NCBI GenBank assembly: GCA_964567445.1 | Contig: CAZMMR010000002.1 | Coordinates: 1 to 35,108 of the forward strand | Reading direction: 5' to 3' | Source: an uncultured Pseudomonadales bacterium | GTDB taxonomy: Bacteria; Patescibacteriota; Microgenomatia; UBA1400; PJMF01 | Length of the DNA stretch: 35,108 bases | In this document: piece by piece, positions 1-7,585 of the stretch | How the letters are laid out: each line of letters opens with the position of its first letter | Position numbering within the stretch: position 1 is the first letter of the stretch | Translations under genes and position numbers: made by a program | Notes under the pieces: generated by a model | The model's input: only the letters and a program-made list of their open reading frames with translations | What the model was told of the DNA's origin: nothing | The model's database searches: none

Positions 1-2076
1 ACTGGTAGCAGTTGGAGATTGAGTCAAGGTTGTGGTAGGTGTCTGAGTTGGAACTGAGGAGTTTTCTGGCACTAAATCATAAGGAGGAATATCAATTGTT
101 AGATAAAAAATATCTCTAAATGCATGTTGATCAGCATAGTAATTAGTCTCTTTAGCAGAAAAATCATTACCATCAAAAAAAACAAATAACTTTTTTTCTT
201 CTAAAATTGCTGATCCCAAACCAACTGTACCTCTATGTTGGCTCTGATCCAAACCTGTCAAAGCATTAGGCAAGTAACAACCAATCCTACTTATATTTTT
301 CATAGCACCATTGTGGTAGTAATTTTCTCCTTGTACACTAGCAAGAATTCTGTAATTATCTTTCCAATTCCAATTAAATAAATCATCGGACCAATACAAA
401 ACTAAGCCAACACCCTCAGTAGTATACCCATGGTGAGCACTGGCGCAACCTCTCCATAATTTACTCCATCGATCATTAGAGGCATGAGGTGGTTTGCTGA
501 TAGCATTACTTACCATTAAATAACGACCCACTTCAGGAAAATAAACTAAGCTGGAATTCTCAGATTGAGATTCCTGCGGTAGAAGAGGCTGCTCCAATGG
601 TTGCCAAGGACCTAAGATGTTACTTGCTTTGGCAATACCAACACCAAAACCATGGTTTTGGTCTGTAGAAGTATATGTATAAAAGTAATTATCGCCTTTT
701 TTTATTAAAGAACCTTGAGCTGATCCAGGTGAATTTTTATTCCAAATTATAGGACTGGCGCTTAGCAAAGAATCATCATTTTTATCACTAGACTTTAAAG
801 TTCCATCTCCTTTAACTCGCTTAAATGGTCCCAACGGATTATCAGCAACTGCCAGACCTAAATGGTAATAGGCTAAACTCTCAGAAAATCCTGGCACCCT
901 AAAAATGTGACTTGTAGGAGTCTCACCTTTTCTAAAATATTCAGAAGCTCCAAGATAGAAATTGTAATATCTGCCATCCTCCCCTTTAAAGACTGTAGAA
1001 GCACAACTAGTTTCATTCTCCCAGCTGCGCTTAGTCCCTGTAAATTCAACCAAACCCATTTTTTCCCAAGGTCCATGTAAACTTTTGCTTCTAGCCACTG
1101 CAGTTTTCCAAGGTGAATCACCAGCTAATGCATCATAATATAAGTAATACCAATCATCATCCTTCATGACAAAAGACTCTCTAATGCCAAAGCCATCATA
1201 ACCACTGCGAAAATATTCCCAATCATTATCTTTTCCATGGGTCCAAACAAAATCATTTCTGACATATATCTGATAATATGGATCATAAGATACAGCAAAT
1301 AAATCTAAATCATCTGAAGGAGGATGATTAATGTAAGGATAGTAGGCTTCCTTGAGTGTAAGAGGCTCACAAAACTGCCATGGTTCAACAGGGTCTTCAC
1401 AAGTATGAAAACTGGGGTTTTTGCCAATAATCCACTTTTCTTGTCCAGTAATTATCATCTGATGATGTTCATCTAACCATTGGAATTGGTCAAGATGACT
1501 GTAACTGTCAAACGGAAACCTACCACTTGGTGATTTTCTTTCACTCCAATCATCTATCCATGATTGACCGTCAATAATACATTCCCCAGTTTTTCTCATT
1601 ACAAAAAGACAATCACCTTTAAAAGCATAGTGGCTATCGTCTTCAGGATTAATAGCGTAAGCATCAACTCCACTCTCAGGAAAACTACTACAATTCTTCC
1701 ATTTCTCACTCAAGTTATGAGTGGTCCAGCTATTGCCTCCTTTTAATTTATACCAATACTTATCATCTTTAATCACCGTTTGGTTTCCAAAACTATCAAA
1801 GACCCAAGCATCCAACTGTTCACTTTCAGTAGAAGGATGATTCGCTTCATTTCTCCATAGATCCTCCAATTTCTGGCCGTGATACAAAGCAGTACCATGA
1901 TAGTCGACGTTCCAGTCATTAGGGGAAGAAGAAAGTGAGCCACTAGCTTGGTTTCTATCATCTGTTGTGCGTTCATTCTTTAAAAATAACAACCCACTAA
2001 CTCCTGCAATTAATAAAAAGACAATGGTCAATAAGCCAATAAACTTTAAATAATTGTTTGAAGCTCTTTTAATCAT
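1..2076 (-). CDS. Membrane-anchored exoprotein, 3'-truncated by the window edge (692 codons visible). It has an N-terminal TM anchor, four hemopexin-like W/Y-rich repeats (tentative), a five-bladed beta-propeller glycoside-hydrolase-like domain (GH43/GH32/GH130 type, tentative), and a Thr/Pro linker running off the window.
   Basis: My own minus-strand translation from ATG 2076..2074 (MIKRASNNYLKFIGLLTIVFLLIAGVSG...) reads to base 1 with no stop. It is absent from the supplied track because it has no in-window stop. Blade-like motifs are GIRESFVMKDDDWYYLYYDA, HLGLAVADNPLGPF, GSLIKKGDNYFYTYTS and SSLVYFPEVGRYLMV. Track ORFs 873..1121, 1564..1746 and 1773..1976 sit in other frames or on the other strand inside it. 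Confidence 0.7.
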   Translation of the reverse strand, partial: MIKRASNNYLKFIGLLTIVFLLIAGVSGLLFLKNERTTDDRNQASGSLSSSPNDWNVDYHGTALYHGQKLEDLWRNEANHPSTESEQLDAWVFDSFGNQTVIKDDKYWYKLKGGNSWTTHNLSEKWKNCSSFPESGVDAYAINPEDDSHYAFKGDCLFVMRKTGECIIDGQSWIDDWSERKSPSGRFPFDSYSHLDQFQWLDEHHQMIITGQEKWIIGKNPSFHTCEDPVEPWQFCEPLTLKEAYYPYINHPPSDDLDLFAVSYDPYYQIYVRNDFVWTHGKDNDWEYFRSGYDGFGIRESFVMKDDDWYYLYYDALAGDSPWKTAVARSKSLHGPWEKMGLVEFTGTKRSWENETSCASTVFKGEDGRYYNFYLGASEYFRKGETPTSHIFRVPGFSESLAYYHLGLAVADNPLGPFKRVKGDGTLKSSDKNDDSLLSASPIIWNKNSPGSAQGSLIKKGDNYFYTYTSTDQNHGFGVGIAKASNILGPWQPLEQPLLPQESQSENSSLVYFPEVGRYLMVSNAISKPPHASNDRWSKLWRGCASAHHGYTTEGVGLVLYWSDDLFNWNWKDNYRILASVQGENYYHNGAMKNISRIGCYLPNALTGLDQSQHRGTVGLGSAILEEKKLFVFFDGNDFSAKETNYYADQHAFRDIFYLTIDIPPYDLVPENSSVPTQTPTTTLTQSPTATS

Positions 2077-2119
2077 TTCATATAGACATTAGTACAAAAA
2101 AACAGAAATAAAAATTTTA

Positions 2120-2512
2120 TTAGTGGTGATGGTAACCCAACAGATGCATTAAACCATGCTCTAAATAAAAAGATAACTGATTGTCAACCATTTTTCCATA
2201 GCGCTTTGCTGTCTCAACTGCCTCGGGAAAACTGATGACGATTTCGCCTAAATGAGGTAATTCGTCATCTGGGTGAGGGAACTGTTGAATTTGTTGTTTA
2301 TTGTTGAAATTAGGAAAAGAAAGGACGTCGGTTGCACCTTCGTGTTTTAGTTGCTCTTCATTGAGTTGTTTAATTTTTCTTTTACCTACCACTGCCACAT
2401 CTAACTGAACATCGTCGACATTATTGTCTTGCAAGACCTGTTTAACTTTTGTCCGAAGTGTGTCACGGTCAACCTGATAGCGGGAGCTGATGAAAAAGTT
2501 AACTTTAATCAT
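2120..2512 (-). CDS. ybeY: Endoribonuclease YbeY (rRNA maturation factor)
   Basis: 130 aa. The C-terminal zinc-binding signature EHGLMHLLGYHH (H-x3-H-x5-H) is typical of YbeY. It lies 2 nt downstream of the preceding ORF. Confidence 0.9.
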   Translation of the reverse strand: MIKVNFFISSRYQVDRDTLRTKVKQVLQDNNVDDVQLDVAVVGKRKIKQLNEEQLKHEGATDVLSFPNFNNKQQIQQFPHPDDELPHLGEIVISFPEAVETAKRYGKMVDNQLSFYLEHGLMHLLGYHHH

Positions 2513-2514
2513 GA

Positions 2515-2769
2515 TTAGCTGTTAGCGGCAGTCTCAGGATTAATTAAAAGACTTTGTCCAGCTTTAAAAAATTCCGGGTTTTTCACCAAAAATTTACCTA
2601 CATCGGATAATCCTTCGGCTAAAACTGTATCCAATATTTCCTGTGTTATTTCTACACCCCACTGTTCTAATAAAGCCTCTATGACAGCCATTGCTTGTTG
2701 TTCATTGACAATCCTAGCAATTTCTTCTTGCAAATGTGGGACTTGTTCTTCCTTTGCTACTGCTTCCAC
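2515..2769 (-). CDS. Hypothetical small acidic helical protein (84 aa with GTG start)
   Basis: The track ORF 2515..2796 would overlap the upstream gene. A GTG at 2769..2767 is preceded by GAGGAGGAGG plus a short spacer and lies 1 nt after the upstream TAA (2773..2771), which suggests translational coupling. I recognised no family motif. Confidence 0.55.
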   Translation of the reverse strand: MEAVAKEEQVPHLQEEIARIVNEQQAMAVIEALLEQWGVEITQEILDTVLAEGLSDVGKFLVKNPEFFKAGQSLLINPETAANS

Positions 2770-2770
2770 T

Positions 2771-3727
2771 TTAAACCTCCTCCTCATTACTACCATTTAA
2801 GTGTTGCTCTTTTAACTCTTCCAGATCAATTGGTCCCAACGGCACCCTATCATCAGGATCATCTACAAACATTAAGATCACTTTGCCTCTAGCTTTAGGA
2901 CTCCAAATCTTGCCTTCTCTAATAATCTCTGGCGAACCACCAAACTGCTTTTTTACCCACATGGCAGGACCGGCATCTCCGACCACTCCCACCACTGCCA
3001 TTCTATCAGCAGGATTGACTACAATCATTTTTCTAAACTTATACCAAGGCTTTAACTCCTGATAATTACTATTCCAATCTGGTAAATATAAGGTTTGAAC
3101 CGCAAAATAGTATTTCTCTTTTTGAATTGCCTCCTCTGTTAGCTGTCCGTTTTCGGTAAACCAACCAAATGCCCCACGATTAGGAGCCATTCCTGCTTCT
3201 TGATAGGCGTCGTGCTCACTTAAAGTATCAGTGGAAAATCGTCTTAAATGCTGCTCGCCACCCATAATACCAAGCGAGTGATTTAAACGATGATTCTCAA
3301 GCTCAGCACTCACTTCAAACCCCAACATATCAGTTAGTTGCTGCTCTAAATACAACTCCTCTTGTTCTGGCAAATGGCCAGCCTCACCATTAACATAACC
3401 AATCATCTTTTGCATGATCTCCTCTAGCTCCTGTGCAGAAATAGTACTCAGCAAATCATTTTTTTGTTTCTTTTGAATTACACTTAGTTGCTGCTGAACC
3501 TGAGCTTCTACTGGTTGACTAGTGGCAATCTGAGACGCCAAAGACACCGCTGCCACTAACTGCTTAGTTAAGCGAGGAAAGTCTTCAAAGTCAAGCTCTC
3601 GATCCTGGAGCCACTGATAAAAGTCCTTGTGTTTCTTTTTAAAATCAGTCTTAGCTTGAGCATACTCGCGCTTAAGCCGCTTGAGTTTCTCTTGAAGCTG
3701 GTCAGTTTTGGACAAGTTAGCAGCCAT
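2771..3727 (-). CDS. Hypothetical protein with an N-terminal coiled-coil region and a C-terminal RlpA/expansin-like double-psi beta-barrel (DPBB) domain
   Basis: 318 aa. The segment KMIVVNPADRMAVVGVVGDAGPAMWVKKQFGGSPEIIREG follows the V-x-N-x3-G/R-x-VV-x-V-x-D-x-GP pattern of RlpA-like DPBB domains. I saw no signal peptide or TM segment. Confidence 0.6.
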   Translation of the reverse strand: MAANLSKTDQLQEKLKRLKREYAQAKTDFKKKHKDFYQWLQDRELDFEDFPRLTKQLVAAVSLASQIATSQPVEAQVQQQLSVIQKKQKNDLLSTISAQELEEIMQKMIGYVNGEAGHLPEQEELYLEQQLTDMLGFEVSAELENHRLNHSLGIMGGEQHLRRFSTDTLSEHDAYQEAGMAPNRGAFGWFTENGQLTEEAIQKEKYYFAVQTLYLPDWNSNYQELKPWYKFRKMIVVNPADRMAVVGVVGDAGPAMWVKKQFGGSPEIIREGKIWSPKARGKVILMFVDDPDDRVPLGPIDLEELKEQHLNGSNEEEV

Positions 3728-3736
3728 ACTTGAGAG

Positions 3737-5272
3737 TTAACTTTCTTGCTCTAATAAATAGACAGCGGCCTGCTCAATGCGGTTAAAGCTGGTTTCATGA
3801 CCTAGAACTTCCATCACTTCATACAAAGGTGGAGTAAACTTTTTTGCTGTCACTGCTGCCCTCAGAGCCATAAACAAATCTTTATGAGACAAACTCTGTT
3901 CGTCTGCTGTGTCGCGAATGGTTGTTTCCCAGCTATCACTAGTGTAGTTACTTAAATCTGCCAAGCGTTGTTTAACTAATCGTAAAGATTGAGCTATTTT
4001 TCCTGTTTCATGACCTTGTAATAAATCGAAGCGATCATACGCTAGCTCATCAACAAAATAAAAATCCAAAAGATGATGAAGATCGACTAGAGTCCGAGCT
4101 CGATCATGACTGAGAGCCAAAGCCGGTGCAAACAACTCTTGGTTCTCTTTGGACCAAGTGTGTAACTGCTTAGCGGCGGCTATAACTTTATCATCCTCGC
4201 CATTATCTAAAACCCAGTCAATCCAGTTATTCACTATTGTTTGCAGCTGCTGCTTATCGAGTTGTCTTAAATATTTGCCATTCAACCATTCTAGTTTTTT
4301 AACGTCAAAAACCGGCCCAGTGACATTCATCTCACGCCATTCAAACTTATCAATCATTGTTTCCAAAGAAAATATTTCTTGGTTTTCTGCCGGCTTCCAT
4401 ACTAGTAAACCTAAAAAGTTTAAAATGGCCTGGGGAAGATAGCCATGCTCTCGGTACCACCACAAAGAAGTATTACCTTTACGCTTGGATAGTTTACTCT
4501 TATCGGGATTACGCAAAGTTGGAGTATGAATTAAATCTGGCATCGACCAATCAAAATAACGATATAATAAAACATGCTTTGGAGCGCTGGGCAACCACTC
4601 TTCGCCACGAACCAAATGAGTAATCTCCATTAAATGATCGTCAACTACCACTGCCAAATGATAAGTGGGAAAACCATCAGACTTAATCAAAACCTGATCA
4701 TCAACCGTATTAGAATCAAACTTAACATTACCTCGCAGCTCATCCTTAACAACAACCGTCTCATCGTCAGGAACCTTCATCCGAATGACATAAGACTGAT
4801 TGTTATCTAGCTTTTTCTGAACTTCAGCTGTAGACAAGTCGCGACAATGCCGATCATATCTGGGTGGGATACCCCTTTTTTTTTGCTCAGCTCTTACCTG
4901 GTCTAATCTCTCTTGACTACAAAAGCAATAATAAGCATCTCCTTGTTCAATTAACTGCTGGGCATATTTTTGATATAAATCTAATCGCTCTGACTGCCGA
5001 TAAGGAGCCTTTGGGCCACCCTTTCTAGGACTTTCATCTGGTACTATACCTAGCCATTCAAAAGCTTCATACAAAACTTGCTCGGCGTCCTCCACAAAAC
5101 GATCTTGATCGGTATCTTCCAGTCTCATCAAAAACTGCCCATCATAACGGCGAGCATAAACCCAATCAAACAAGGCCTGAAAGGCGGTACCAACATGAGG
5201 ATAGCCAGTCGGAGAAGGAGCAATCCTAGTTCTAACCTTAGCAATTAATGATTTCTTTTTTTGTTTAGCCAT
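3737..5272 (-). CDS. gltX: Glutamate--tRNA ligase (GluRS)
   Basis: 511 aa. It has the class I motifs RIAPSPTGYPHVGTA (HIGH variant HVGT) and KLSKRKG (KMSKS), and an AAGAGG SD upstream of the ATG. Confidence 0.95.
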   Translation of the reverse strand: MAKQKKKSLIAKVRTRIAPSPTGYPHVGTAFQALFDWVYARRYDGQFLMRLEDTDQDRFVEDAEQVLYEAFEWLGIVPDESPRKGGPKAPYRQSERLDLYQKYAQQLIEQGDAYYCFCSQERLDQVRAEQKKRGIPPRYDRHCRDLSTAEVQKKLDNNQSYVIRMKVPDDETVVVKDELRGNVKFDSNTVDDQVLIKSDGFPTYHLAVVVDDHLMEITHLVRGEEWLPSAPKHVLLYRYFDWSMPDLIHTPTLRNPDKSKLSKRKGNTSLWWYREHGYLPQAILNFLGLLVWKPAENQEIFSLETMIDKFEWREMNVTGPVFDVKKLEWLNGKYLRQLDKQQLQTIVNNWIDWVLDNGEDDKVIAAAKQLHTWSKENQELFAPALALSHDRARTLVDLHHLLDFYFVDELAYDRFDLLQGHETGKIAQSLRLVKQRLADLSNYTSDSWETTIRDTADEQSLSHKDLFMALRAAVTAKKFTPPLYEVMEVLGHETSFNRIEQAAVYLLEQES

Positions 5273-5308
5273 AAATACCTCTTATTTAAAAATTAACAAT
5301 AACCAAAA

Positions 5309-6406
5309 TTAATTTGCTTGATAGTAACTTAAATCAATAGCAGGACTGTAGCCAAGGAAATCATCATCACCAACAAAAACATAAATTGGCTGCAGATACT
5401 CCTGCTCCTTAAAATCGTCGAAGTAGCCTAAAACAACATCGCGAACCACCACTTTCTCTAACTTTCTGCCGCTAGCGGTATAGACTATCCCTTTCTGCAC
5501 CTCAGACCAAGACTCAGATACCGGCCGCAAAGGATAAGTCTCTACTTGGTCATAGTCAACACTCTGATAGCGAACATAAGCTTCTACTACCGAGTTACGA
5601 CCTAAACCACCAGCGATAATACCATGCATAATCCCCTCTTCACCCTCTGGCGTATACATCGAGTACTGATTGCCGATTGGCACACGATTTAAATCAACAC
5701 TAACAAAATCAGCATCGGACAAAGATACTGCCGGCCTTAATTCTCCACCCAAAGCCTTGAGATAATTAACTCGACCAGAACTGGTAGCAACATCCTCAGG
5801 AAGCAATTTGCCCCTTCTTAAAAATCCCTTGAAAGTATTGATTGCCTCATAGCGATCGGGTAAATCGGGATTAGATTTTACTAATTCAGCACGAGATAAA
5901 TAGTCCGTAGTTAAAGAGAAGTTGTAACTTTTTAAATTAATCTCAAAAATAGTTTCTAGTGGCTGGCTGCGAATCCAGCGATAATTGTTAGAGTCCAGTA
6001 CTACTGGGGCAGATTCAAATTCATAACTACCAGCTATACTACGCACCCGATCATCGGCTAATAAACTAGGACTAAACTTAGGCATCAGAAACACTTTAGC
6101 CCTGTCTGGGAAACTAGGTAAGCGTCCATCTCTCGTCTCCAGACTATAAGATACTAACGGGTCTTCTTGCAGATTGTCCATAAAACTAATTTGGGTTAAA
6201 CGACCAAAACCTACCGTTGGTGGTGGAGGCGCCTCTGGATGAGTAGCTTTCCACCAAGAAATAAAAGAAGTAGTAAAAAGTTTTAACACCAAGTAGCTGA
6301 TAAAACCTATAATAATGTACTTGATGGATTCACGACCAACACGAGTTACATCCGATAAAGTGGGTGGGCCTGGTGGTTGGGGACGAGATGACTGATCGAT
6401 TGGCAT
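5309..6406 (-). CDS. Hypothetical single-pass membrane protein with a Pro-rich cytoplasmic N-terminus and a roughly 300-aa extracytoplasmic domain
   Basis: 365-aa ORF with one clear hydrophobic helix (IIIGFISYLVLKLFTTSFISWW) followed by PEAPPPP. I recognised no catalytic motif. Confidence 0.7.
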   Translation of the reverse strand: MPIDQSSRPQPPGPPTLSDVTRVGRESIKYIIIGFISYLVLKLFTTSFISWWKATHPEAPPPPTVGFGRLTQISFMDNLQEDPLVSYSLETRDGRLPSFPDRAKVFLMPKFSPSLLADDRVRSIAGSYEFESAPVVLDSNNYRWIRSQPLETIFEINLKSYNFSLTTDYLSRAELVKSNPDLPDRYEAINTFKGFLRRGKLLPEDVATSSGRVNYLKALGGELRPAVSLSDADFVSVDLNRVPIGNQYSMYTPEGEEGIMHGIIAGGLGRNSVVEAYVRYQSVDYDQVETYPLRPVSESWSEVQKGIVYTASGRKLEKVVVRDVVLGYFDDFKEQEYLQPIYVFVGDDDFLGYSPAIDLSYYQAN

Positions 6407-6559
6407 AAATTTGTTAATTTAAAATATTTGGTTTACAACACTTAGTTAATTAAGTTCCAAGAACTAAAACCTACTCTAAAAACTAAAACCCCCTCTGTTA
6501 GTTCATTATATAGCAAATAAAGACCGTAACGAACTGTGGATAACTTTAGCCGGCTAGAA

Positions 6560-7585
6560 CTAGAGCTGTGTCCAAACAAGGCCATTTTTGATCCAGTCGA
6601 TGATTAAGTGTGTATCCTGGTATCGATTTTCGGAATTCATAATAACAATTAAGACAGGGTGTCTCTCTTGTTCCCACAAAGTAATTAAAACCTGTCCAGC
6701 TGAATCTGTGGTGCCTGTCTTAACTCCGTGCACTTGTTCATACTGAGTTAATAGCTGATTAGTATTAAACAATTGATATTCCGATTGAGCGTTAATGTCG
6801 GTGATTTTGGTCTGCTGAATATCAACCAAATTTCTTAAAAATGGATCTTTTAGTACTTCTCTAGTTATTAAAGATAGATCCCAAACTGTAGTCTGCTGAC
6901 TAGGATGATCCAAACCACTGGGGTTAGTGAAATAAGTCTTACTGAGGTTGAGTGTTTTGGCCTTATCGTTCATTGCCTGAACAAAACCAATAAAACCATC
7001 GGGGTGATGATTAGCTAAAATAATCGCGGCATCGTTGCCTGAATTTACTAAAGTAGCAGTCAGTAGGTCACGAACCAACAGTTTTTCACCATGCTTAAAA
7101 CCGATTTTATGTCCTTGCGGAAGAGTTTTATTTTTAACCTGCAAGACTTGATCTAATTTATAAATATCACGTGCCACCAAAGCCGTCATTAACTTAACAG
7201 TCGAAGCCGGATATTGCTGCTGATTGGGTGTCTTGTAAGCCAAGATTTGAGCTGAATTAACATCAACCACAATATAAGATTGGGCGCTGATCTCTTCTAT
7301 TTTTAAAACTGGCGATTTAAACAAAAGACTGCTGTCGTAATTTGCCCGATGGGCAGCGGCACTAGCAGTTAAATTAAAACTAGCTTGCTGGAGAACGTCG
7401 GTACTGGCTGTTGCTACCTGCTGGACATAAGGGGCAGGCTTAACTAATCTGATACTGCCGGGTTTAGAAACTGGAGTTGGTTGTTGCGCCACCGCTAGAC
7501 CGCCTGTTAATAACAAGATTAACAAGCTAAAAAATATAGCAAAGAGTTGGTCGATTCTGAGGGTAGATTCGGGCACGGCTCTCAA
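6560..7585 (-). CDS. Serine-type D-Ala-D-Ala carboxypeptidase (peptidase S11, PBP5/6-like)
   Basis: It has a signal/anchor sequence and the three PBP motifs: SxxK (ASTVKLMT), SxN (NSGND) and KTG (KTGTT). The track start is a TTG directly abutting the aspS stop, and an in-frame GTG 9 nt downstream is an alternative start. Confidence 0.85.
   Translation of the reverse strand: MRAVPESTLRIDQLFAIFFSLLILLLTGGLAVAQQPTPVSKPGSIRLVKPAPYVQQVATASTDVLQQASFNLTASAAAHRANYDSSLLFKSPVLKIEEISAQSYIVVDVNSAQILAYKTPNQQQYPASTVKLMTALVARDIYKLDQVLQVKNKTLPQGHKIGFKHGEKLLVRDLLTATLVNSGNDAAIILANHHPDGFIGFVQAMNDKAKTLNLSKTYFTNPSGLDHPSQQTTVWDLSLITREVLKDPFLRNLVDIQQTKITDINAQSEYQLFNTNQLLTQYEQVHGVKTGTTDSAGQVLITLWEQERHPVLIVIMNSENRYQDTHLIIDWIKNGLVWTQL

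Noticed and set aside
4149-4623. Track ORFs 4149..4442 and 4357..4623 on the plus strand inside gltX. The same applies to similar antisense or out-of-frame ORFs: 2695..2892, 7722..7961, 9200..9415, 10888..11265, 10943..11236, 11777..12034, 12035..12278, 15324..15509, 17413..17607, 18241..18570, 21371..21610, 21842..22057, 28121..28382, 29675..29875 and 30329..30514.
   Set aside because: Each lies wholly within a longer ORF that carries clear family motifs. They have odd composition and no start signals, so I treat them as shadow ORFs.
6535-6543. A perfect DnaA box (TGTGGATAA, the reverse complement of TTATCCACA) in the AT-rich 153-bp spacer between the carboxypeptidase and the membrane hypothetical.
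   Set aside because: I saw only one box. A single 9-mer is expected by chance about once per few hundred kb on two strands. There is no cluster, no dnaA/dnaN nearby and no strand switch at this position.
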